A stretch of 64,000 nucleotides of DNA from an uncultured Bacteroidota bacterium (GCA_937894725.1 CALAYL010000054.1:617-64616); one strand, 5' to 3'; shown: positions 17,457-27,488, numbered from the stretch's first letter. The notes: a model not told the origin generated them from the letters alone. Program-made: numbers and translations.

Positions 17457-18400
17457 TTTTTGGAAGGCGTATTGGTTTGATTTTTTTCAATCAATTTCGT
17501 ATGCTCTACAAAAGCTAGCGCATCATCCATACAGCTGGTATTTTGGTCTGGTAGTGGTGTCATTTTTGCAAACTTCGCAAAGTCTGCTAATATCAATACT
17601 TCTATCAATTTGGTTTGATAGCCACTATCTATCCCTTTGTCTGCTATCATTACTTTGATTTCATCTGTAGTAGATTCGAGGGCGAGTACATCGTATCTAT
17701 ATTCAAGATAACTGCGTATGATTTCACTCAATCGAGAATAGTATTTTTTATGCTCATCTTTTTGCCATAGCTTTTCGCTGTTGAGTTTTTTCAGCTCCGC
17801 CAATGCCCATACATGCGCTGGTTCTACTGGTTTTGGCCTAGCTATTTCTACTATTTTTTTCTTCGCGTATTTTCTATACAACCAAAATCCTATCATAGCT
17901 AGGATCAACAACAATGCTAGGGCTATCCATAGATAAAAATCTTGGAGTTGGTAAGGCACTTTCAACGGTGCTTTGATAGGTTTGATTGGTTGACTCGTAT
18001 CGACTATAGGGGCAGTAGCGGTAATTTCAAATGGCTCTGTAAATGCAGTATCGCCATTCAACACAATGGGGATTGCGGGTATCGTATAAGTTCCAGAATC
18101 ATAAACTGAAGCGGTAAAGTATTGCGATAAAATTTGCTTACCGTGGAGTTCTGAAGTGTCAATTTTTTCTTTTAAAATAATTTCAAATCGTGCGAGTGTA
18201 TCTCCTGAAAAGTTTGGGAACTCAAGGCCTTCGTTTTTTTCTATAGTTATTTTTAAGAAAAATCGGAGCGGGTCGCCTATTTCTATTTTAAATGAATCTA
18301 CACCTAAGCTTACGTTCTTTTGCGCAACAAGGGTAGTCATAGATAAAAATAGCCCTATGCCCAGCATTAAATCCCTTCCTATTTTGCCTACTGTTCTCAT
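17453..18400 (-). CDS. Single-pass membrane protein of the MoxR/Bat operon (beta-rich ectodomain + TM + helical cytoplasmic domain; DUF4381-like position)
   Basis: 315 aa. It has a signal/anchor peptide, a beta-rich region of about 140 aa, a TM helix (LWIALALLLILAMIGFWLY), and a helical C-terminal domain (WALAELKKL...YYSRLSEIIRSYLEYRY). There are 4-nt overlaps with both neighbours. Confidence 0.65.
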   Translation of the reverse strand: MRTVGKIGRDLMLGIGLFLSMTTLVAQKNVSLGVDSFKIEIGDPLRFFLKITIEKNEGLEFPNFSGDTLARFEIILKEKIDTSELHGKQILSQYFTASVYDSGTYTIPAIPIVLNGDTAFTEPFEITATAPIVDTSQPIKPIKAPLKVPYQLQDFYLWIALALLLILAMIGFWLYRKYAKKKIVEIARPKPVEPAHVWALAELKKLNSEKLWQKDEHKKYYSRLSEIIRSYLEYRYDVLALESTTDEIKVMIADKGIDSGYQTKLIEVLILADFAKFAKMTPLPDQNTSCMDDALAFVEHTKLIEKNQTNTPSKK

Positions 18401-19320
18401 CTTGTTCTTACGCCTCTTTCTTTAAATAGTTGAATCAATGCCTTTGTATAATCATCAGTAGTAGCGATACTCACAAACTGAGCTCCACTCTTTGAAAACG
18501 CTTGTTTTAAAAAGTGTTGTCTAACTTCAAATTTTTCACGCAGCGAAGTGCGTACACTTTTATCGCTGGTATTTATGTAGAATGTTTTTCCCGTCTCAAT
18601 ATCCTCTATGTTTACAAGTCCTACATCTTCTAAAAGATGCTCCGATTTGTCGTAAACTTGAATCGCCAATAGGTCGTGTTTCTGGGCGGCTATGCGAAGT
18701 TGTTTTTCGTAGTTGCAGTTTACCTGAAAATCAGAAATCAAAAACGCAATGGTTTTTTTCTTGGCAGCATTCGTAAAATACGCTAAAACTTCCGATAGGT
18801 CAGTGCCTCGGGCATCTGATTTGAAATTGTCTATCTCTGCAATGATGCGTAAAATATGCGATTTTCCTTTCTTCGGTGGAATGTATTTTTCGACTTTATC
18901 TGTAAAGAAAAGCACGCCTACTTTATCATTGTTTTTGATAGCCGAAAAGGCTAAAATACCACTTATAAGCTCGATGATTTCTCGTTTAAACTCATTTTGT
19001 GTACCAAAAAGAGTGGACTTGCTTACATCAATCATCAGCATTAAGGTGAGCTCCCGCTCTTCGTCAAATACTTTGATAAATGGACTTCCTCCGCGGGCTG
19101 TTACGTTCCAATCAATAAGTCTTACATCATCGCCATATTGGTATTCTCGCACCTCTGCAAATGAGATGCCACGACCCTTAAAGGCCGAGTGATAGCTTCC
19201 CGCAAACACTTGATTTGACAACTTACGCGTTACGATTTCGATACGTCTTATTTTATCTCGCTTTGCTTTGGCTGCCGCTGCTTGTACGGCTAGTTCATCT
19301 GTGAAAGTAAACCATCCCAT
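18397..19320 (-). CDS. DUF58 family protein (VWA-like, MoxR partner)
   Basis: 307 aa. It carries the hallmark REYQYGDDVRLIDWNVTAR motif and sits directly downstream of a MoxR ATPase. Confidence 0.85.
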   Translation of the reverse strand: MGWFTFTDELAVQAAAAKAKRDKIRRIEIVTRKLSNQVFAGSYHSAFKGRGISFAEVREYQYGDDVRLIDWNVTARGGSPFIKVFDEERELTLMLMIDVSKSTLFGTQNEFKREIIELISGILAFSAIKNNDKVGVLFFTDKVEKYIPPKKGKSHILRIIAEIDNFKSDARGTDLSEVLAYFTNAAKKKTIAFLISDFQVNCNYEKQLRIAAQKHDLLAIQVYDKSEHLLEDVGLVNIEDIETGKTFYINTSDKSVRTSLREKFEVRQHFLKQAFSKSGAQFVSIATTDDYTKALIQLFKERGVRTR

Positions 19321-19323
19321 AGC

Positions 19324-20373
19324 CTACGGTACTTCTACTGCATTTAAGATTTCGCTAATGATATCATCAGCCTGTACATTTTCGGCTTCGGCTTCATAGC
19401 TCAGGCCAATTCTATGACGCATCACATCGTAGCAAACTGCACGAACATCTTCAGGAATCACATACCCTCTTCGTTTTATAAACGCATACGCTTTAGCAGC
19501 CAATGCTAGATTTATACTCGCTCTTGGTGAACCACCATAACTAATCAACGGCACTAATTTTTGTAATTTATAATCGGCTGGATTTCGCGAAGCGAATACG
19601 ATATCTAAAATATATTTCTCGATTTTGTCATCCATATAGACCTCACGCACCGTTTTTCGAGCACTGATGATAGCCTCTTTCGAAACTACTTTATTGATGG
19701 TAGGTTGTTCAAATGCCATATTTTGGCGAATGATTAGTTGTTCCTCTTCTTTTTTAGGATAATTGATAACTACTTTGAGCATAAAACGATCTACCTGCGC
19801 TTCAGGTAGTGGATAGGTGCCTTCTTGTTCTATAGGATTTTGTGTGGCGAGTACAAGAAATGGTTCATCGAGTTTATAGCTTCTATCGCCTATGGTAACT
19901 TGGCGCTCTTGCATAGCTTCGAGCAAGGCAGACTGTACCTTTGCAGGGGCACGGTTGATTTCATCCGCCAAAATGAAGTTGGCAAATATGGGGCCTTTTT
20001 TAACGACAAACTCATTGTCTTTTTGATTGTAAATCATAGTACCTATAACATCGGCAGGAAGCAAGTCGGGCGTAAACTGAATACGCGAAAACTGTGTATC
20101 AATAGCGCTCGACAGCGATTTGATAGAAAGTGTTTTGGCTAGACCAGGCAAACCTTCGAGCAAAATATGACCATTGGCGAGTACCGCTAAGAGCAATCTC
20201 TCCACCATAGCTTTTTGACCTATCACCACTTTGCCGAGTTCGAGATTGAGGATATCTACAAATGCACTCTCCTTATTTATTTTCTCATTGAGGGCTGCGA
20301 TGTCCACCGATTGGGTATTTCCGATTACTTCCATTGATTCAATTTTTTTGTAGGGCAAATTTACTTTTAACAA
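19324..20373 (-). CDS. moxR: MoxR-family AAA+ ATPase
   Basis: Walker A LEGLPGLAKT, Walker B ILADEINRA, sensor region ATQNPIEQEGTYPLPEAQVDRF. The true start may be the internal Met at 20334. Confidence 0.9.
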   Translation of the reverse strand: MLKVNLPYKKIESMEVIGNTQSVDIAALNEKINKESAFVDILNLELGKVVIGQKAMVERLLLAVLANGHILLEGLPGLAKTLSIKSLSSAIDTQFSRIQFTPDLLPADVIGTMIYNQKDNEFVVKKGPIFANFILADEINRAPAKVQSALLEAMQERQVTIGDRSYKLDEPFLVLATQNPIEQEGTYPLPEAQVDRFMLKVVINYPKKEEEQLIIRQNMAFEQPTINKVVSKEAIISARKTVREVYMDDKIEKYILDIVFASRNPADYKLQKLVPLISYGGSPRASINLALAAKAYAFIKRRGYVIPEDVRAVCYDVMRHRIGLSYEAEAENVQADDIISEILNAVEVP

Positions 20374-20570
20374 ATTAGCTTGTATGTAAAAAAAGGTTAA
20401 GCGAAAGGCTAAGATGGGCTATTAAGTAGTTAATAACAAAAGTTATATAGCCCAAAGCTAAGCTTGAGGTAGAAATGTAGCCAACTTAAAAATGTAATCT
20501 TATCTCGATATCTACTAGATTCTTCAATTTGAAACACCTAATGGATAAATCAATAATTTTGTGAATGAGC

Positions 20571-20578
20571 TACATTTG
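20571..20578 (+). promoter_or_regulatory. Candidate Bacteroidota -7 promoter box (TAcaTTTG) upstream of ileS
   Basis: Exact match to the TAnnTTTG consensus, 69 nt upstream of the ileS ATG. No well-spaced -33 TTTG was found, so this is weak. Confidence 0.25.
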
Positions 20579-20646
20579 CTAATCGATTTCAACCAAAAGC
20601 ATTATTTTACACCCCTTTTGACAAATTTGCCTATACTTAATTTTTT

Positions 20647-23600
20647 ATGAAACCGAAGCAAAACGACCAACATAACTATCCCGAATTTAGTGGACTTGAT
20701 TTTCCTTCTTTAGAGAAGGAGATACTAGATTTTTGGAAAAAAAACGATATTTTCAAAAAAAGCATAAGCACACGCGAGGAGAATAAACCCTTTGTTTTTT
20801 ATGAGGGGCCACCATCGGCCAATGGGCTACCCGGTATCCATCACATGATGTCGCGTACGCTCAAGGATATTTTTTGTCGATTCAAAACCTTAGATGGATA
20901 TAGAGTAGATAGAAAAGCGGGTTGGGATACGCACGGATTGCCTATAGAACTAAGTGTAGAAAAAGAATTGGGCATCACAAAGAAAGATATAGGTACTAAA
21001 ATATCGGAAGAAGAATATAACGCACTTTGTAAAAAAAACGTGCTCAAATACACCGATATTTGGAATGAGCTTACGCACAAAATGGGCTATTGGGTAGATC
21101 TCGAAAATCCGTATATCACGTATGAAAATAGTTATATCGAAACTATTTGGGCATTGCTCCAGATGTTGTATAAAAAGGATTTGCTTTATAAAGGCTACAC
21201 CATACAGCCTTATTCGCCTGCTGCAGGTACGGGGCTGAGTTCGCATGAACTCAATCAGCCTGGCTGCTACCGCGATGTGAAAGATAGTTCTGCAATAGCC
21301 CAGTTTAAGGTGGTTAAAAACGAAAAATCAGCTTTCCTTTTTGATACAGAAAACGATGATGTGCGATTTTTAGCATGGACGACTACGCCATGGACATTGC
21401 CATCGAATACGGCTTTAGCGGTAGGCGAAAAGATAGAATATACACTTGTTGAAACCTATAACCCATATACCTTTCAGCCAGTAAAAGTAGTCTTGGCAAA
21501 AGCATTGATGACTAAATATTTTACAGAAAAAAATGCAGATATAACACTTGATAGCTATACTGCTGGCGATAAAGCGATTCCATTTAAAGAACTAAAAACA
21601 TGCCTTGGGAAAGATATTATAGGGATTACTTATGAGCAATTGCTCCCATACGTACAACCCAGTGATGGCGATGCTTTTCGTGTAATAGCGGGCGATTTTG
21701 TAACCACTACCGATGGTACAGGTATAGTGCATATCGCTCCATCGTTTGGTGCAGATGATATGCGTGTGGCAAAGCAAAATGGCATTGGTTCTTTGACTTT
21801 GGTAGATAAGCAGGGAAAGTTTTTGGAGGAGATTGTGGATGCTCAGTTTGGACTAGGAGGTGAGTTTATAAAAGAAGCCTATCTAAATGACGAGGAGAAA
21901 GCGGTGGAGCTTGCCAAGCAAAAAGAATTGCTAAAGCCTATTATTCCTCAGCTTGAAAAATATTTGAGTGTAGATGATCGAATTATTTTGAAACTAAAAC
22001 TTGATAACAAACTCTTTAAGACGGAGCGATACGAACACTCTTATCCGCATTGTTGGAGAACAGATAAGCCGGTGATTTATTATCCCCTCGATTCATGGTT
22101 TGTGAGAGTAACCGCGATAAAAGATAAGTTGATAGCACACAATAAAACGATTAATTGGAAGCCGAAACATACTGGCGAAGGTCGTTTTGGACAGTGGCTC
22201 GAAAATTTAGTGGATTGGAATTTATCTCGTTCTCGCTACTGGGGCACACCTCTGCCTATCTGGCGGACAGCGGACAATGCAACCGAAAAATGTATTGGTT
22301 CGCTCAGCGAACTGCAAAGTGAAATCGACAAATCAATAGCCGCTGGGGTGATGACTGCCGATGCAAAATACAAAAACGAAAAAGGAGAAATTGAGTTGCA
22401 TAAGCCGTATGTAGATGAGATAGTATTGGTATCTGATACGGGTGAAAAAATGTATCGTGAGTCAGATCTTATAGATGTTTGGTTCGACTCAGGGGCTATG
22501 CCATATGCCCAATGGAATTGGCTACCCGAAAAGGGCGAGGGTGCTCCATTTGGCGTTATTCCGAAATTTCCAGCAGACTATATAGCAGAAGGTGTTGATC
22601 AGACACGAGGCTGGTTTTATACACTACATGTGTTGGGTGTGGCTTTGTTTGATTCGGTAGCCTATAAAAATGTGATTTCAAACGGTTTATTACTCGACAA
22701 AAACGGTAATAAAATGAGTAAACGGTTGGGTAATGTGGTAGATCCTTTTGAGGCTATCAACAAATACGGTGCAGATCCTACACGCTGGTACATGACACGT
22801 AATAGTGACCCTTGGGATAATTTAAAATTTGATACAGAGGGCATCGTAGATGTGACTCGTTCACTCTATGGTACGCTTTACAACACTTATTCTTTCTTTG
22901 CGCTCTATGCCAATATTGACAAGTTTGTAATTGATAAAAACTCGCTCACATCGATCGAAGAGCGTACCGAATTGGACAGATGGATTTTGTCAAAATTAAA
23001 CTCACTGATCAAAGAGGTAACTGCCTTTTACAATGACTACGAACCCACTAAAGCCGCTCGTGCTATCGAAGAATTTGTGGATGTAAATTTAAGCAATTGG
23101 CACATTCGTCTTTCGCGTAGGCGTTTTTGGAAAGGAGAGATGAGTCGTGATAAGCAATCTGCATATGAAACATTGTTTGTGTGTTTAGAAACTGTAGCCC
23201 AGCTCATGTCGCCTGTATCGCCATTTTTTAGTGAATGGATTTGGCAAAGCTTACATACTTCAAGCAGATTAGAAAATGGAAATTCAATTCACCTTTCTTA
23301 TTTGCCAAAGGCAGATGAAACGATTATAGATACTGCATTAGAGCAGCGTATGTTGATGGCACAGCGGGTGTCATCGATGGTGCTTTCGCTACGTAAAAAA
23401 GAGATGATAAAAGTGCGGCAGCCGCTCCAAAAAATATTGATACCCGTAGCCAACGAAGCTGTGAAAGATGCACTAAAAAAGGTGGAGAGCTATATTCTGA
23501 ACGAAGTGAATGTGAAAGAAATTCTGTATGTAGAAGATACATCAGATATGGTGAAGAAGAAAATAAAACCAAACTTTAAATCATTGGGCAAACGCGCAGG

Positions 23601-24075
23601 ACCAAAAATAAAAGCGGTGCAAGAGGCAGTGGGCAAAATGGGTCAACACGATATAGCGACCATAGAACGTGCACATACTTTTTTGCTTGATTTGGGTGGT
23701 GAAAAATTTGACCTTAATTTAGAAGATGTAGAGATTAGTTCGGAAGATATAGAAGGCTGGCTCGTAGCTACCGATAGCGGACTCACTGTGGCTTTAGATG
23801 TGGCGCTCACAGCTAGTTTGCTACTCGAAGGCACTGCAAGAGAGTTTGTAAATAAAATCCAAAATCTTCGTAAAGATAAGGGTTTTGAGGTATTGGATAG
23901 AATCAGTGTAACAGTCGAAAGAAACGAAGAGTTGGCTAATTCGCTCGCTTTCTTTAATGATTATATTGCCAATGAAATTTTGGCAAACGAGATTAAACTT
24001 ATAGATAATTTGACCAGTTTTGACAAAATAGAATTTAATGACACTACACTAAAAGTGCAGGTTGAAAAAGTATAG
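20647..24075 (+). CDS. ileS: Isoleucine--tRNA ligase (long, type-2 form)
   Basis: 1142 aa. HIGH-region variant PSANGLPGIHHMMSR, KMSKS loop (NKMSKRLGN), a CP1 editing domain and a long C-terminal extension. Confidence 0.97.
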   Translation: MKPKQNDQHNYPEFSGLDFPSLEKEILDFWKKNDIFKKSISTREENKPFVFYEGPPSANGLPGIHHMMSRTLKDIFCRFKTLDGYRVDRKAGWDTHGLPIELSVEKELGITKKDIGTKISEEEYNALCKKNVLKYTDIWNELTHKMGYWVDLENPYITYENSYIETIWALLQMLYKKDLLYKGYTIQPYSPAAGTGLSSHELNQPGCYRDVKDSSAIAQFKVVKNEKSAFLFDTENDDVRFLAWTTTPWTLPSNTALAVGEKIEYTLVETYNPYTFQPVKVVLAKALMTKYFTEKNADITLDSYTAGDKAIPFKELKTCLGKDIIGITYEQLLPYVQPSDGDAFRVIAGDFVTTTDGTGIVHIAPSFGADDMRVAKQNGIGSLTLVDKQGKFLEEIVDAQFGLGGEFIKEAYLNDEEKAVELAKQKELLKPIIPQLEKYLSVDDRIILKLKLDNKLFKTERYEHSYPHCWRTDKPVIYYPLDSWFVRVTAIKDKLIAHNKTINWKPKHTGEGRFGQWLENLVDWNLSRSRYWGTPLPIWRTADNATEKCIGSLSELQSEIDKSIAAGVMTADAKYKNEKGEIELHKPYVDEIVLVSDTGEKMYRESDLIDVWFDSGAMPYAQWNWLPEKGEGAPFGVIPKFPADYIAEGVDQTRGWFYTLHVLGVALFDSVAYKNVISNGLLLDKNGNKMSKRLGNVVDPFEAINKYGADPTRWYMTRNSDPWDNLKFDTEGIVDVTRSLYGTLYNTYSFFALYANIDKFVIDKNSLTSIEERTELDRWILSKLNSLIKEVTAFYNDYEPTKAARAIEEFVDVNLSNWHIRLSRRRFWKGEMSRDKQSAYETLFVCLETVAQLMSPVSPFFSEWIWQSLHTSSRLENGNSIHLSYLPKADETIIDTALEQRMLMAQRVSSMVLSLRKKEMIKVRQPLQKILIPVANEAVKDALKKVESYILNEVNVKEILYVEDTSDMVKKKIKPNFKSLGKRAGPKIKAVQEAVGKMGQHDIATIERAHTFLLDLGGEKFDLNLEDVEISSEDIEGWLVATDSGLTVALDVALTASLLLEGTAREFVNKIQNLRKDKGFEVLDRISVTVERNEELANSLAFFNDYIANEILANEIKLIDNLTSFDKIEFNDTTLKVQVEKV

Positions 24076-24076
24076 T

Positions 24077-24703
24077 ATGAAAAAAACAAGCATTACAGCA
24101 GTACTGATATTTATAGTGATTTTGATAATAGATCAAGCATCAAAAATTTGGGTAAAAACGCACATGATAGAGGGAGAGGAGTTTCGCATTTTTGGGGAAT
24201 GGGCAAGGATTCACTTTGTGGAAAATCGAGGCATGGCTTTCAGCATGGAGCTGCCAGGTCAATATGGTAAATTAGCTTTGTCGTTTTTTCGATTTTTTGC
24301 TATCGGAGTCATGTTCTATCTTTTGGTAAATATGATTAAAGAAGCTAAACCTAAAGGCTTGGTGTATTGTACCACGGCCATCATAGCGGGTGCATTAGGC
24401 AATTTAATCGATAGTATGTTTTATGGCAAAATATTTACAGATAGTTATGGTCAAGTAGCAAGTATTTTTCCTCCAGAAGGCTATGCTGGATGGATGCAAG
24501 GCAATGTAGTTGATATGCTTTGGTTTCCCATGATAGATGGTGTTTTTCCTACTTGGCTTCCAATTTGGGGAGGAGAGCCGTTCTTATTTTTTAGCCCTAT
24601 TTTTAATGTAGCAGATGCAGCTATCACCACAGCTATTTTTATCATCATTATTTTTCAAAAGCACTTTTTTAAAGAAGAGGAAAAGGTAGGAATGTCGCTT
24701 TAA
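24077..24703 (+). CDS. lspA: Lipoprotein signal peptidase II
   Basis: The start is taken at ATG 24077 (MKKTSITAVLIF); the ORF track begins at an upstream TTG that overlaps ileS. Motifs: NRGMAFS, VVDMLWF, FNVADAAIT. ileS-lspA synteny is conserved. Confidence 0.9.
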   Translation: MKKTSITAVLIFIVILIIDQASKIWVKTHMIEGEEFRIFGEWARIHFVENRGMAFSMELPGQYGKLALSFFRFFAIGVMFYLLVNMIKEAKPKGLVYCTTAIIAGALGNLIDSMFYGKIFTDSYGQVASIFPPEGYAGWMQGNVVDMLWFPMIDGVFPTWLPIWGGEPFLFFSPIFNVADAAITTAIFIIIIFQKHFFKEEEKVGMSL

Positions 24704-24763
24704 TTACAAATTGGTCATTTACCTTTGGAAAATATTTCTATATTACTTTAGAAAATATAATCT

Positions 24764-26065
24764 ATGACAGACCAACTCAAGAAAACATTATCACCACTTT
24801 TACTCTGGGGCTTGGGCGTAGGTTATGTGATTTCGGGTATGTACTTTGGATGGAATCTCGGTCTAGAAAAGGGAGGTACCTGGGGCATGGCTGGGGCTAC
24901 ATTTCTCATTATATTATTGTACAGTAGTTTTAGTTTTTCGTATTGCGAATTGGCTTGTGCTATTCCCAAAGCTGGAGGTGGTTTTGACTATGCTCAACGT
25001 GCTTTTGGTAAAAATGTAGCCTTTGTTACGGGACTTGCACAGATTATTGAATTTGTATTTGCGCCACCCGCTATTGCTATCGCTATTGGCACCTATCTCA
25101 ATCTATCATTTCCTGCATTACCGATTATTCCTACTGCTATTGCTGCGTATTTCATTTTTACTTCATTAAATATTTATGGAGTGAAGGCTGCGGCTACATT
25201 TGAGCTGGTCATTACAATTTTGGCGGTAGGTGAGTTATTACTTTTTGCAGGCGTAACGCTTCCTCACTTTTCTATAGAAAACATGCAAATCAAAAGCGAA
25301 ATGAATGGTTGGAGTGGTGTGTTTGCTGCTATTCCATTTGCAATTTGGTTTTTTTTGGGCATTGAAGGAGTAGCCAATGTAGCGGAAGAAACAGCCAACC
25401 CCCAACGAGATATTTTGAGAGGATTTGGGAGCGCCTTAGTTACTTTAATCGTGTTGTGTGTATTGGTTTTTATAGCAGCCATAGGCGTAGGTGGCTGGGA
25501 AAAGATTGTATATAATGTCGATGGCTCAATATCCAATTCGCCACTACCTTTGGCGATGGGCATGGTGGTAGGTGAGTCAAACTGGTTGTATCATTTACTT
25601 ATCAGTATAGGGCTATTTGGCTTGATTGCCTCTTTTCATGGCTTGATACTCGCCTCTGGTAGGGCTACTATGGAGTTTGGTAGGGTAGGCTATGCTCCTA
25701 GAATATTGGGGAAAATAAATTCAAAATTTCAAACACCCGCTATCGCTCTTATTGCCAATATGTGCATAGGCATTATCGCATTGTTTACAGGCAAAACTGG
25801 CGAAATCATCACGATGGCAGTATTGGGCGCAGTAGTGCTTTACATTGTGTCTGTTGCGGCTTTGATAAAACTACGACAGTCTGAGCCTGATATGGAACGG
25901 CCGTTTCGAGTTCCTTTATATCCCTTTACACCCCTGTTAGCTCTGGTGATAGGAATAGTTTGTCTGGTAGCTTTAGTGTATTTCAATTTGATGGTATCAC
26001 TCATTTTCTTCGGAGCTTTAGCTGGAGGGTTTTTGCTATTTAAAGGGTTCTATAGATTTCAATAA
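24764..26065 (+). CDS. APC-superfamily permease, ethanolamine-permease-like
   Basis: 433 aa with about 12 TM segments. The N-terminal LWGLGVGYVISGMYFGWNLG pattern resembles the ethanolamine permease (Eat) subfamily as I remember it. Confidence 0.7.
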   Translation: MTDQLKKTLSPLLLWGLGVGYVISGMYFGWNLGLEKGGTWGMAGATFLIILLYSSFSFSYCELACAIPKAGGGFDYAQRAFGKNVAFVTGLAQIIEFVFAPPAIAIAIGTYLNLSFPALPIIPTAIAAYFIFTSLNIYGVKAAATFELVITILAVGELLLFAGVTLPHFSIENMQIKSEMNGWSGVFAAIPFAIWFFLGIEGVANVAEETANPQRDILRGFGSALVTLIVLCVLVFIAAIGVGGWEKIVYNVDGSISNSPLPLAMGMVVGESNWLYHLLISIGLFGLIASFHGLILASGRATMEFGRVGYAPRILGKINSKFQTPAIALIANMCIGIIALFTGKTGEIITMAVLGAVVLYIVSVAALIKLRQSEPDMERPFRVPLYPFTPLLALVIGIVCLVALVYFNLMVSLIFFGALAGGFLLFKGFYRFQ

Positions 26066-26129
26066 TGTGCAGCGTTTGTAAATGGTTTTTTACCATCTTT
26101 TTTCTAAATTGCTTTAATAAAATCATTGT

Positions 26130-27488
26130 ATGACTACAAAACAAATTTTCGAATTTATAAAAAATCACCCTTCACAAAAGGTAAAATTGGCTATAACAGA
26201 TATAGATGGCGTGCTGCGCGGAAAGTACATTTCAACCGAAAAATTTTTGTCGGTAGCAGATGATACTTTAGGATTTTGTGATGTGGTTTTTGGCTGGGAT
26301 ATGGGCGATGTAGCCTACGACAATGCCGATTATACAGGTTGGCATACGGGCTATCCAGATGCTAAAGCACGCGTAGATTTAAGTACATTTCGTCAAATAC
26401 CTTGGGAAAATGGACAGCCATTTTTCTTGGCCGATTTTATAACAAGTGATAATAAAGCGCTCCCTATTTGCCCTCGGCAATTGCTCAAGAAAGTGACTAC
26501 CAAAGCTAATAAAATGGGCTTTCTGCCTATGGTTTCACAAGAATTTGAATGGTTTAATTTTGAAGAAACACCTCAGAGTGCAGCCGACAAAAATTATGCT
26601 GGTTTGAAACCACTCACGCCAGGGATGTTTGGCTATTCGATTTTGAGAACTACCCTTAGAGGCGATTTTTTTTCGGATTTGTTTGATTTGATTTCGAAAT
26701 TTGATATTCCCATCGAAGGCTTGCATACCGAAACTGGTCCAGGCGTATATGAGGCCGCCATTCGATATGGCAAAGTGCTCGAAACTGCCGACAGAGCTAC
26801 ACTTTTCAAAACAGCTGTAAAGGAAATTGGTTATCTCCACAATGTTCTCCCTACATTTATGGCAAAAATCAGTGAGAATCTGCCCGGTTGTAGTGGACAT
26901 GTACATCAAAGTTTGTGGGATGTGAAGGGAACAAAGAATTTGTTTTTTGATGCAAAAGATAAAAACAACATGAGTGCAACCATGCACAGTTATATTGCTG
27001 GTCAGTTACTTTGTTTGCCACAAATATTGCCAATGGTAGCTCCTACCATCAACTCCTACAAGCGTTTGGTAGAAGGTGCTTGGGCACCTACAACGGTGAC
27101 TTGGGGCATCGACAATCGCACCGTTGCCTTGCGATCATTGCCGGCAGGCAGTAAGTCGTGTAGGCTCGAAACTCGAGTGGTAGGCTCAGATACCAATCCG
27201 TATTTGGCTATTGCAGCTTGTCTGGCAGCTGGATTGTATGGTATCGATAATGGCTTGAAACTCAAACAGCCTGCAACAAAAGGCAATGGCTATCGAGATG
27301 AATCGAATGGTAAGTTTGCGAAAAACCTATTTGAGGCGACTAGTATCATGGAGCAATCGAAAATTGCCAATGAGATTTTGGGTGAAGAGTTTGTACGGCA
27401 TTATACCCAAACGAGACATTGGGAATGGCGCCAGTACAGCAAGGTAGTTACCGATTGGGAAACTAAGCGTTATTTAGAGATTATTTAA
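26130..27488 (+). CDS. Glutamine synthetase family protein (type-I-like; gamma-glutamyl-amine synthetase candidate)
   Basis: 452 aa. It has a GS beta-grasp N-domain and a catalytic domain (QEFEWFNF, HTETGPGVYEAA, GCSGHVHQSLW, NSYKRL, RLETRV). It lacks the adenylylation-loop context of GlnA. Confidence 0.85.
   Translation: MTTKQIFEFIKNHPSQKVKLAITDIDGVLRGKYISTEKFLSVADDTLGFCDVVFGWDMGDVAYDNADYTGWHTGYPDAKARVDLSTFRQIPWENGQPFFLADFITSDNKALPICPRQLLKKVTTKANKMGFLPMVSQEFEWFNFEETPQSAADKNYAGLKPLTPGMFGYSILRTTLRGDFFSDLFDLISKFDIPIEGLHTETGPGVYEAAIRYGKVLETADRATLFKTAVKEIGYLHNVLPTFMAKISENLPGCSGHVHQSLWDVKGTKNLFFDAKDKNNMSATMHSYIAGQLLCLPQILPMVAPTINSYKRLVEGAWAPTTVTWGIDNRTVALRSLPAGSKSCRLETRVVGSDTNPYLAIAACLAAGLYGIDNGLKLKQPATKGNGYRDESNGKFAKNLFEATSIMEQSKIANEILGEEFVRHYTQTRHWEWRQYSKVVTDWETKRYLEII

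Noticed and set aside
20374-20646. T-box or other leader upstream of ileS
   Set aside because: There is no specifier-loop or T-box motif (AGGGUGGNACCGCG-like) visible. T-boxes are not expected in Bacteroidota. Only a candidate -7 promoter box is reported.
26535-26987. 150-aa antisense ORF inside the GS-like gene, with similar long antisense ORFs in uvrA (46164-46634) and ligA (49016-49483, 49789-50250)
   Set aside because: These are shadow ORFs opposite well-supported conserved genes, with Ser/Leu/Cys-rich unnatural composition.
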